From assembly GCA_017642445.1 (NCBI GenBank), contig JAGCPA010000060.1, positions 11,797-75,796 on the forward strand: 64,000 nucleotides of DNA. Reading direction: 5' to 3'. Both the position numbers and the translations under genes were made by a program. Within the stretch, counting starts at the first letter, position 1. Each line of letters starts with the position of its first letter. The notes under the pieces are model-generated. The model saw only the letters and a list, made by a program, of their open reading frames with translations, did no database searches and was not told the DNA's origin. The stretch comes from Spirochaetia bacterium. Lineage in GTDB: Bacteria > Spirochaetota > Spirochaetia > CADAEX01. Shown in pieces: positions 1 through 8,236 of the stretch.

Positions 1-42
1 CCGGCATTCTTTATGTGCTTTACCAGTGGCAGAAGTTCCATG

Positions 43-948
43 TCAGCCTGAAATAGTCGGGTATATGTCGGCCCACCTCATGATAAGATCGCGGAAATCC
101 TTAAGCGGCTTGGAGAAATACTTCTCGCTGTGGTAGATCATGTAGTATTTGCGCCTGAAGTTCTTGTCCGGCACTGGGATGGAGATGAGCTCGCCGCTCT
201 TAAGCTCCTTATGGACAATGCTCTTGGTAAGGAAAGCCATTCCCATGTTGTTCTCCACCAGCTTCTTGATAGCCTCGCTGTTGGAGATCTCGTACTTCAT
301 GCACATATCTATCTTGTTCTTCTTGAGGAAGGCATCCACCACCTTGCGGATCACAGAGCCCTGCTCGTGCATGATTATCTCCTTCCCCTCCAGGTCCATA
401 AGGTTGAGCTCCTGGGTATTTGTGAACTTGCAGTTAGGGCTGGCAACCAGCACAATCTCATCCTCCAGGATCTCGTGGACAGAGATCTTAGGGTTCTGCA
501 CCGGGGCAGAGATGAATCCGATATCTTCCTTGAGCTCTGAGATGCTCTCGATAATATCCTTGTTTGTCGCAGTCTGGATAGAGATGCTTATCTCGGGGCG
601 TGTCTGCTTGAAGTCCCTTATGATGTAAGGGATATGGTAAGAGCCGAAGCTCTCGGATGCCAGGATGCTTATCTTTCCCTTGTTGTACTCCTGGAAATCC
701 TTTATAGCCTCTTCAGCCTGGGACTCCATGTCAAAAATCCGCTCCGCAATAGTGTAAAGGTTGAGACCTGCGTCGGTAAGGATTACTTTCTTGCCAATTA
801 TGTCAAGAAACTTAAGGTTGTAGTGGCTCTGAAGCTGCTTGATCTGCTTGGTTACAGCCGGCTGGGTAATGCAAAGAAACTCAGCTGCCTTGGTAAGGCT
901 CTTGTATTTGGCTGTAAAATAGAAGGTTTTTAAGTGATATAAGTTCAT
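43..948 (-). CDS. LysR family transcriptional regulator
   Basis: N-terminal HTH typical of LysR (LKTFYFTAKYKSLTKAAEFLCITQPAVTKQIKQLQ), about 300 aa with a substrate-binding domain. Confidence 0.85.
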   Translation of the reverse strand: MNLYHLKTFYFTAKYKSLTKAAEFLCITQPAVTKQIKQLQSHYNLKFLDIIGKKVILTDAGLNLYTIAERIFDMESQAEEAIKDFQEYNKGKISILASESFGSYHIPYIIRDFKQTRPEISISIQTATNKDIIESISELKEDIGFISAPVQNPKISVHEILEDEIVLVASPNCKFTNTQELNLMDLEGKEIIMHEQGSVIRKVVDAFLKKNKIDMCMKYEISNSEAIKKLVENNMGMAFLTKSIVHKELKSGELISIPVPDKNFRRKYYMIYHSEKYFSKPLKDFRDLIMRWADIYPTISG

Positions 949-1027
949 AACTATTGTTTATGATATACTTACTTAAGTTTATAGTCAAGAGGAAAATAAT
1001 GTTATATTATGTTATATTTAAAATTGA

Positions 1028-1729
1028 TTACTTTAAGAGGTCAAGCTCTGCCAGCTGCTTAAGGTCGGTGATCTCTGGTACCCCCAGGGTGTTTTCCGGC
1101 CAGTTCCGCTTTACAGAATAGTGCTTGAGCCATACGCACTTGATTCCTGCGCCATGGGCTCCCTCTATATCAACCCGGTAGTCGTCGCCTACGTAGATGA
1201 CCTCGTCCTCGGTTACCCCCAGGTTCTTAAGCATCATCTTGAAAGGTGCAGGATCCGGTTTTGCAGGGATTCCGTCGGTGCCGGAGAGGATGTAGCTGTC
1301 AAAGTACTTGCAGGCACGCTCGAACTCGGGGCTCTGGAGTGCCCTGGTGGAGCCGTCCCGCTGGGAGTTGCAGATAAGACCCAGCTTGTACTTCTTCTTA
1401 AGCTCTATGATAACTTCTTCTGCTTCTGGGAAAAGCTTCATGGCATCGATAACAAACTGCCAGTACTCGTCTGCCAGCCTGTCAAGGAATGCATCGCCAA
1501 GATCTTTTCCATAGAGGGCCTGAAGCTCAAGCCACTGGTTCTTGCGGTTGAAGTCGGCTGCAAGGAAGTGCTTCTTCCTTATCTCCCTGAAGTGGGCCAT
1601 AAATGTCTCGGTGTCAGTTATCCCCAAAGCCTCGATAAGCTTGTTCTGGGCATTCTTCTCGCCATCCTTATAGCCGCTGGCAGCATCTCCAAGTGTCTGT
1701 ACAAAGTCAAAGACCAATGCCTTAATCAT
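1028..1729 (-). CDS. HAD superfamily hydrolase
   Basis: HAD motif I (VFDFVQTLGD) and motif IV (GDDYRVDIEGAHGAGI); RBS AAGGAGGG upstream of the ATG. Confidence 0.75.
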   Translation of the reverse strand: MIKALVFDFVQTLGDAASGYKDGEKNAQNKLIEALGITDTETFMAHFREIRKKHFLAADFNRKNQWLELQALYGKDLGDAFLDRLADEYWQFVIDAMKLFPEAEEVIIELKKKYKLGLICNSQRDGSTRALQSPEFERACKYFDSYILSGTDGIPAKPDPAPFKMMLKNLGVTEDEVIYVGDDYRVDIEGAHGAGIKCVWLKHYSVKRNWPENTLGVPEITDLKQLAELDLLK

Positions 1730-1749
1730 ATTCCCTCCTTAAATAAAAA

Positions 1750-1776
1750 AAGGCTCCCCGAAGGGAGCCTCATTAG
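1750..1776 (-). terminator. rho-independent terminator after the aldehyde dehydrogenase operon
   Basis: Minus-strand hairpin GGCTCCCTTCGGGGAGCC followed by a T-run. Confidence 0.6.
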
Positions 1777-1786
1777 CTTAGACAAA

Positions 1787-3226
1787 TCAGTCAAGGTAAG
1801 CTGGCTTGTGTGGCATATCAACTCTGTCGTCGCCGATAAGTTTCTTTGCCTTAGCAAGATACTTTCCGAATACTTCGTCGTCTGTTGCAACATACCATGC
1901 TCTTGGAACAGCAAGTCTTGTTGTGTTGATGAAGTGTCTGAAGTTGATGTTGTCAGAGTGGCTGTTTCCTGTCCATGTACCGCAACCGATTGTTGTTGTG
2001 AATTCCTGGCCAGCGAACCAGCTACCGGAGTTAACAACTGTGTTAGGCATGTTGATGTTTACACGGCCTGTAGGAATGAACTCAGCAAGTCTGTACCACT
2101 GCTCTGGCTTTGTTGAATGAAGTGCGCAGCTGTGACCAACACCGGAGAAGTACAGGTTCTTCTTGAGATCGTGGATTTCTGTCTCGAAATCTTCCCATGT
2201 CCATACTGTGAGGACGAGAGAAAGCTTTTCGTTGGAGAACATATCTTCTGGACCAATCTTCTGTCCCTTAACCATGATGAACTTTGTTCCTTCTGGTACG
2301 GAGATTCCAGCAATCTTAGCGATTGTCTGAACTGGTTTAGCAACGATGTCTCTGTTAAGAGTATGTCCATCAGGCCACATAGCAGCTCTGAGTTTCTCTC
2401 TGCTTGCATCGTCCAGCAGGTATCCGCCTACTTTCTTGAGCTCTTCCATCATCTTGTCGTAAATGCTTACGTGGATGGAAACTGCGTTCTCGGAAGAACA
2501 TGATGTTGCGTTGTCGTAGCACTTGGAAGCTGCGATGCACATAGCAGCATGCTTAAGGTCTGCAGATGGGTCAACGATTGCTCTTACGTTACCAGCACCT
2601 ACTGTTACGGATGGTGTACCTGCAAGGTGTACAACCTTGATAAGTGCCTTTCCACCAGTTGCAACTGCGAAGTCACACTTCTGCATAAGCTCTACTGTCT
2701 TCTCGTTGGAAGGCTCTGCGATTACCTGGAACAGGTCCTCTGGAGCTCCGATAGCCTTGAGTGCTTTTCTTCCCCAGTTAACTGCGTTTACTGTAGCAAG
2801 CTTTGTTCTTGGGTGTGGTGAGCAGATCATAGCGTTTCTTGTCTTAAGAAGTGTAAGACCGATGAATGCAGCTGTGATACATGGGTTTGTACATGGACAT
2901 ACGTTAGCAACAACGCCCATTGGTTTTGCATAAGTTGTGATACCTCTGATTGGATCCTCTTTGATGATTCCACAAGTCTTTGCACCCTTCATATCCCACA
3001 GGATTCCTCTTACCTTACCAGCTTTTCCGTACTTGTCAGCCTGAACGCCCATTCCGGATCCTTCGTAAGCCAGTTTTGAACCCTCTTCAGCAACCTGCTT
3101 CTGCATATACTGCCATCCAACGATAGCAACGATTTCATCTACTTCTTCCTGTGTCTTGAACTCGATCCACTCGAAAGCTTTTCTACCGCGTTCATACATT
3201 TCGGAAATGTTTTCTTCAACAGCCAT
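1787..3226 (-). CDS. CoA-acylating aldehyde dehydrogenase (EutE/PduP/AdhE-N family)
   Basis: 479 aa; motifs TGGKALIKVVHLAGTPSVTVGAGN and catalytic-Cys region YDNATSCSSENA; RBS AGGAG. Confidence 0.8.
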   Translation of the reverse strand: MAVEENISEMYERGRKAFEWIEFKTQEEVDEIVAIVGWQYMQKQVAEEGSKLAYEGSGMGVQADKYGKAGKVRGILWDMKGAKTCGIIKEDPIRGITTYAKPMGVVANVCPCTNPCITAAFIGLTLLKTRNAMICSPHPRTKLATVNAVNWGRKALKAIGAPEDLFQVIAEPSNEKTVELMQKCDFAVATGGKALIKVVHLAGTPSVTVGAGNVRAIVDPSADLKHAAMCIAASKCYDNATSCSSENAVSIHVSIYDKMMEELKKVGGYLLDDASREKLRAAMWPDGHTLNRDIVAKPVQTIAKIAGISVPEGTKFIMVKGQKIGPEDMFSNEKLSLVLTVWTWEDFETEIHDLKKNLYFSGVGHSCALHSTKPEQWYRLAEFIPTGRVNINMPNTVVNSGSWFAGQEFTTTIGCGTWTGNSHSDNINFRHFINTTRLAVPRAWYVATDDEVFGKYLAKAKKLIGDDRVDMPHKPAYLD

Positions 3227-3328
3227 TTTTTTCTCCTAAAAAAAATATTTTTCGTAGTATCCCTACGTGAATAGACCCCTGCCGTAAAGACAGGGGTTAA
3301 AATCAGTCAAGCCGAAAGGCTTGCACAA

Positions 3329-4447
3329 TTATTTCTTCTTTCCGTGAACAACTTTTCTAGCGTCGTCAAGAACGAAGTCAATAGCAAATCCGGATCCAGA
3401 GAGCTCTTTAGCCTTTCTGTCCCACATCTTCTTCCATTCTTCTGGTGTCTGAGCCTGACCACCCTTGAACTCACCTCTCTCAGCGAGGGATGGAACTGGT
3501 CTGTCTGTTGGGCCGTCGTACCATTCTTTTGGAGTAAGAGTCTTGCCATATGTATCGAAGCCTTCTCTCTCGCACTCTCTCTCGATCTCTTCGCAAACAT
3601 GTGCTCCAGCGGAGAATGCTCTTGTTACACCCATGATACACCATGCAGCATCTGGAGTGAAGTCAAGGTCCATCATTGCAGCTGTAGCAGCAGCCATGAA
3701 GTCAGCCTCAACATATCCGATCTCTGCCTGAGCTGCCTTAACAACTTCTTTCAGGAATGGGATGTACTTAAGCTCTTTCTTACCAGCAAGTGCCTTCTCA
3801 GCATATGCCATAAGATCTTTTGGAGTTGGGTCCTTAACATACTTAGAATCGATTCCGAAGTGATCCTCGTGATAGCACTCTTTTACACAAAGAGCAGCTG
3901 CGTCTGCAGCGGAGAGTCCTTCTTCAGCAATCTTGTTGTAGTATTTCTCGAGCATGTAACCGAAGTTCTTGAATGCACCATAAGCCTCACCGAATGCAAA
4001 TACAGAAGCACCTGCAGCCTGTGTAAGGTATGATTTTCCTCTAGCTACCAGTCTTGCAACCAGTGCTGGGTTGGAAAGTCCGTCCTCAAGTCCTACGAGA
4101 AGGATATAATCGAGAACTTTCTTCTCCTCTACCAGAGGGATTCTAGCCTGGAAGTCGATGAACAGAACATCGCAAACACCATAGCCAGCTTCTACCAGCT
4201 CTGTTGTATCATAACCTCTGGTTACGATTCTGTGGATGTTCTTGTATGCAACTTCAGAAACCCACTTGAAGTGTGCTCTGTTGTCGTCTGGAAGTGTTCC
4301 AATCTCTCTATTTGTATAGTCAAAAAGAAGGTTTGGGTTTCCGAGGTTACCAATAACTCTTCTCTTTGCATGCTTCATTGTAGCGATTCTCTCATCGCAA
4401 ACCTTACCGGTCATTCTGTTTACAGCAATATCTTTCAGATCACCCAT
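3329..4447 (-). CDS. citrate-synthase-fold protein (paralogue B of a putative heteromeric pair)
   Basis: 372 aa; keeps the CS-like C-terminal block DFTPDAAWCIMGVTRAFSAGAHVCEEI (compare CS ARIAGWSAHRIEE) but lacks the canonical His motifs; 13-nt overlap with the upstream gene; RBS AGGAGA. Confidence 0.5.
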   Translation of the reverse strand: MGDLKDIAVNRMTGKVCDERIATMKHAKRRVIGNLGNPNLLFDYTNREIGTLPDDNRAHFKWVSEVAYKNIHRIVTRGYDTTELVEAGYGVCDVLFIDFQARIPLVEEKKVLDYILLVGLEDGLSNPALVARLVARGKSYLTQAAGASVFAFGEAYGAFKNFGYMLEKYYNKIAEEGLSAADAAALCVKECYHEDHFGIDSKYVKDPTPKDLMAYAEKALAGKKELKYIPFLKEVVKAAQAEIGYVEADFMAAATAAMMDLDFTPDAAWCIMGVTRAFSAGAHVCEEIERECEREGFDTYGKTLTPKEWYDGPTDRPVPSLAERGEFKGGQAQTPEEWKKMWDRKAKELSGSGFAIDFVLDDARKVVHGKKK

Positions 4448-5331
4448 TTTTTGAATTCTCCTGTCTTAAGTTCGTTCATAGCATAAGCTTCTCTTTCTGA
4501 CTGAAGAGGAACTTCTCTGTCTTCTGGTCCGATGTACTTGATCATGGAGAGGTCAAGCATCTGTACCATAGGTTCGTTTCTGGATGCACCCCAAGCTCTA
4601 CCTTTCTTCAGTGTGAAGAGAGCGTGGCAGGAGCAGCTGTAACCTCTGGTTACGCATCCGATTGTCCAAGCTGCGTTTGGAGAGAATCCCATGTCGGAGA
4701 GAGCTGTGTTACCAGCACCGATCATGTTAACTGCTACATAGGATCTTCCTTCAGCAAATCTTCTTGCATAGAATCTCTTCTCAAGAGCTCTCTGGAATTT
4801 CAGGTATACACCTACAACTCCGATCTCTTCCTGTTTCAGGTGTGTCGGTTCTGCTCTTGGGTCGCCGTCAAGGTGCTGTGGCTGTCCCATTCCCATTACT
4901 GCTCTACCTGCATCCATGTACTCATCAACACACTCTACAGCAACCTGTTCAACTGTCTTGTGCTCAAGAACTGCTCTGTCGAGGTATTTTTTCATCATGT
5001 AGCCGTGCTGAGCTCCTGGTCCGTGAGCTCCACCGAATGTTGCGATAGAAGCACCAACTGCTGCTGGGAGCATTGGGTGTCCGTTCATAACGCCGATTGC
5101 AGCTGCTGCTGAAGGTGACATTGAGTGCTCAAGGAATTCTGCAACTTCGTAGTCGAGCATTGCTCTCTCGTTCTCTGCAGGAATTCTGCCCTGGAAAAGA
5201 ATGTACAGTCCATCGATAAATGTGTAGCCAGCGTTAGCGAGCTCGCGTACATCAAAACCGCGCAGAACTGTTTTTTCTTCTGTCTTGTAAGAAATACCAG
5301 TCTTTCTCTGGATCAAGGGTTTACGATCCAT
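4435..5331 (-). CDS. citrate-synthase-fold protein (paralogue A; citryl-CoA-lyase-like, truncated)
   Basis: 298 aa; FGGAHGPGAQ (compare CS HGGANE), GMGQPQHLDGDPRA (compare CS GYGHAIYTLSDPRA, His replaced by Gln), AAWTIGCVTRGYSCSCHALF; RBS AGGAGG. Confidence 0.5.
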   Translation of the reverse strand: MDRKPLIQRKTGISYKTEEKTVLRGFDVRELANAGYTFIDGLYILFQGRIPAENERAMLDYEVAEFLEHSMSPSAAAAIGVMNGHPMLPAAVGASIATFGGAHGPGAQHGYMMKKYLDRAVLEHKTVEQVAVECVDEYMDAGRAVMGMGQPQHLDGDPRAEPTHLKQEEIGVVGVYLKFQRALEKRFYARRFAEGRSYVAVNMIGAGNTALSDMGFSPNAAWTIGCVTRGYSCSCHALFTLKKGRAWGASRNEPMVQMLDLSMIKYIGPEDREVPLQSEREAYAMNELKTGEFKKWVI

Positions 5332-5592
5332 ACTTTACTCCTCCTAAAATTATTAAATTCACCTTGCGTCTCGATGTTTCCGGTAAAATTTTTATTTATT
5401 TGGCTCCAGTTTATCCAATTCACTAAAATTATTCAATAATTGGGTATTTGCAACTTTGATATTTTTTTTCATTATTTTAATAACTAAGAGTTATTGCTTG
5501 GTGATAATTATTCATATTCAATTCACAATATTACTTGATTATAAGAAAATTTTCACATATAATGTATCTTCAAATAGCAACAGGAGAAAGCC

Positions 5593-6933
5593 ATGGAAGA
5601 ATTTTTAAAGAAAATGACAGAGACAGCAATCCGCAACAATTCCATAGACCCCGCCCTCTATTCTAAGTACAACACCAAGCGCGGCCTGAGAAACGAAGAT
5701 GGATCGGGTGTGGTGGTAGGACTTTCCCAGATCGGCGATGCCCATGGTTATATATTTGATGAAGGAACCCTGGTTCCGGACGAAGGTAGACTCACCTACC
5801 GCGGAATCCTGATCAACGACCTGGTTTACAATGCTATAAATGAAAAAAGACACGGCTTTGAGGAGACTGCCTTCTTCCTCCTTTTCGGGAAGCTCCCTAC
5901 TGCAGATGAGCTGGAAGAGTTCAACAACACCCTGGATGAGTGCAGACAGCTTCCTGCCGGATTCGCCGAGGATATGATACTCAAGGCCCCCAGCCGGGAT
6001 GTTATGAACAAGCTGGCCCGGAGCGTGCTGGTATGCTACTCCTACGACTCCGATGCCGACAATGTGGCAATAGACAATGTGCTCAGGCAGTGCATAGAGC
6101 TTATAGCCCGGTTCCCTACCATGATAGCCTACGGCTACCAGGCAAAGGCCCACTACCACGACGGAAAGAGCCTTTTCCTCCACGCTCCGGCGCCAAAGAT
6201 CGGAACTGCGGCAAACTTCCTGCGGATGATCCGCCCCGACACCAAGTACACAGAGCTCGAGGCATCGGTCCTGGACATAGCCCTTATCCTCCATGCAGAG
6301 CATGGTGGCGGTAACAACTCCACATTCACAAACCATGTGGTGACATCGGCCCAGACCGACACCTACGCCGCCATCGCCGCAGCCCTCTGCTCCATGAAAG
6401 GTCCGCTCCACGGCGGAGCCAACAAGAAGGTCAAGCGGATGATGGAAGATATAATGGAGAATGTCCCAGACTGGAAGAACGACGGAAAGCTGGTGGACTA
6501 CCTGCGTAAAATCCTCCGCCGTGAGGCCTTTGACAGAAGCGGAATCATCTATGGCTACGGCCATGCGATCTATACCCTGTCTGACCCGAGAGCCCTGCTG
6601 CTCAAGAAAAAAGCCGGGGAACTGGCTGCCGCCAAAGGGTATGATGATGAGTTCAACCTCTACAACACTGTCGAGCGGCTTATTCCCGAGGCATTCGCAG
6701 CCGAGGGCAAGAACCCGAGGTCAAGCAGCGTGAACGTGGACTTCTACTCCGGCTTTGTATATAAGATGCTGAATATTCCGACAGCCCTCTACACACCGCT
6801 CTTTGCCATGGCAAGAATAGCCGGCTGGTCTGCCCACCGTATCGAGGAGCTGGTAAGCGGCGGCAAGCTCATAAGACCTGCATACCGTGTCGTGGCTCCT
6901 AAACGGCCATACACATTGATGTCTGACCGGTAA
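5593..6933 (+). CDS. gltA: citrate synthase
   Basis: 446 aa with all canonical motifs: GPLHGGANKKV, GYGHAIYTLSDPRA, VDFYSGFVY, ARIAGWSAHRIEE. Confidence 0.85.
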   Translation: MEEFLKKMTETAIRNNSIDPALYSKYNTKRGLRNEDGSGVVVGLSQIGDAHGYIFDEGTLVPDEGRLTYRGILINDLVYNAINEKRHGFEETAFFLLFGKLPTADELEEFNNTLDECRQLPAGFAEDMILKAPSRDVMNKLARSVLVCYSYDSDADNVAIDNVLRQCIELIARFPTMIAYGYQAKAHYHDGKSLFLHAPAPKIGTAANFLRMIRPDTKYTELEASVLDIALILHAEHGGGNNSTFTNHVVTSAQTDTYAAIAAALCSMKGPLHGGANKKVKRMMEDIMENVPDWKNDGKLVDYLRKILRREAFDRSGIIYGYGHAIYTLSDPRALLLKKKAGELAAAKGYDDEFNLYNTVERLIPEAFAAEGKNPRSSSVNVDFYSGFVYKMLNIPTALYTPLFAMARIAGWSAHRIEELVSGGKLIRPAYRVVAPKRPYTLMSDR

Positions 6934-6947
6934 GGAAACAATATATA

Positions 6948-7904
6948 ATGGAAAAAATTATCCAGGCGATAAAAGAGCACAGCACTTTCTACATCTTCGG
7001 CCACATAGACCCGGACGGCGACTGCATAGGAAGCCAGCTGGCCCTGGCCCGGTTCCTGGAGCAGCTGGGAAAGAAGAGCTTCCTCTATTCCAAGGGAAAG
7101 TTTGAGCGCCAGGAGATAAAGCGTTTCCAGAACCTGTTTGCAGGTACCTTTGAACCTGAAGATAAAGATGGAGTGGCGATAATCATAGACTGCTCCACAC
7201 CGGACAGAACCGGCTTTGACGATGAGGGGATAGAGAGATTCCCCACCATAGTCATAGACCATCACTCATCGGGCGAGGTATTCGGAGATTTCCGCCATGT
7301 GAATCCACAGGCATCGGCCTGCACCATGCTTATCCTTGACCTTATCGAGGCAATGGGAGAAAAACCATCGAAAGAGGTGGCCGAACTCCTTATGCTGGGG
7401 CTCTGCACCGACACAGGCTTCTTCAAGCACCTGACCGAGACCGGAGCCAGGGCTTTCGAGACAGCGGCAAAACTCACCGCCTACGGAGCATCCACAAACA
7501 GAATCTACTTTGATGTGAACGGCAATAAGAAAGCCGCCACATTGAAACTTATATCCCTGTCTCTGGGACGGGCTGCCCAATACCTGGACGGCAGGCTTAT
7601 CATAACCTGGGAGACTCTGGAAGATTATGCAGAGATTCCAAGGGAGTGCCGGGATATCGATACTGTCTATCCGCTTCTTCTTGCAACCGAGGGTGTCCAG
7701 GTGGCAGCTTCGGTCAAAGAGGATGATGACGGAAAGGTTACTGTCGGGCTCAGGACCCGGTGCGAGAATATAGATCTGGGAGCTGCGGCTGCCCTTTTAG
7801 GGGGCGGCGGCCATAAGAAGGCGGCAGGTTTCAAGGTCATGAACTCCAATGCCGAAGCTGTTGTCAGACTTCTGGTTGAACATTTTGCAAAAATATTAGG
7901 ATGA
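6948..7904 (+). CDS. nrnA: DHH/DHHA1 family phosphoesterase (NrnA-like nanoRNase/pAp phosphatase)
   Basis: Motifs HIDPDGDCIGS, IIDCS, VIDHHSSGE, and GGGGHKKAAG (DHHA1). Confidence 0.65.
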   Translation: MEKIIQAIKEHSTFYIFGHIDPDGDCIGSQLALARFLEQLGKKSFLYSKGKFERQEIKRFQNLFAGTFEPEDKDGVAIIIDCSTPDRTGFDDEGIERFPTIVIDHHSSGEVFGDFRHVNPQASACTMLILDLIEAMGEKPSKEVAELLMLGLCTDTGFFKHLTETGARAFETAAKLTAYGASTNRIYFDVNGNKKAATLKLISLSLGRAAQYLDGRLIITWETLEDYAEIPRECRDIDTVYPLLLATEGVQVAASVKEDDDGKVTVGLRTRCENIDLGAAAALLGGGGHKKAAGFKVMNSNAEAVVRLLVEHFAKILG

Positions 7905-7907
7905 ACT

Positions 7908-8204
7908 ATGGAAGACAAAGAAAAAGTAATGGCAGATTCTATGGATGAGCTTTCAAAGACCCTGGCGTCGGTAAACGACAGCGCCCTGCTCAAAGATTTT
8001 CTGAAAGCGCTTCTGACCCCTCAGGAATATAATGCGGTTGCAGCCAGGTGGGCGCTGGTCCGGCTTCTGGATCAGGGGATGACCCAGCGCAAGATTGCTG
8101 AGACATTAGGGCTTTCCCTTTGCAAGATAACCAGGGGAAGCCGGGAGATGAAGAAAGAGGAATCCTCCTTCCGGAAGATGATAGATATCTGTAAGAACTT
8201 ATAA
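7908..8204 (+). CDS. YerC/YecD TrpR-like DNA-binding protein
   Basis: 98 aa; LLTPQEYNAVAARWALVRLLDQGMTQRKIAETLGLS matches the TrpR/YerC helix-turn-helix. Confidence 0.7.
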   Translation: MEDKEKVMADSMDELSKTLASVNDSALLKDFLKALLTPQEYNAVAARWALVRLLDQGMTQRKIAETLGLSLCKITRGSREMKKEESSFRKMIDICKNL

Positions 8205-8205
8205 A

Positions 8206-8236
8206 AAAACCCACCGGAAAGGTGGGCTTTTTTTAT
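8206..8236. terminator. bidirectional rho-independent terminator between convergent genes
   Basis: AAAAAAACCCACCGGAAAGGTGGGCTTTTTTTAT: hairpin flanked by an A-run and a T-run. Confidence 0.7.

Noticed and set aside
1121-2116. 331-aa plus-strand ORF (also 1308-1514 and 1806-2120) overlapping the HAD and aldehyde dehydrogenase genes
   Set aside because: Antisense to two ORFs with strong family motifs and RBSs; the translation is Cys/Leu-rich low-complexity with no motifs; typical shadow ORF in GC-moderate DNA.
5605-6564. 319-aa minus-strand ORF antisense to citrate synthase
   Set aside because: The plus-strand frame carries every citrate synthase catalytic motif; the antisense product is Val/Gly-rich with no start context.
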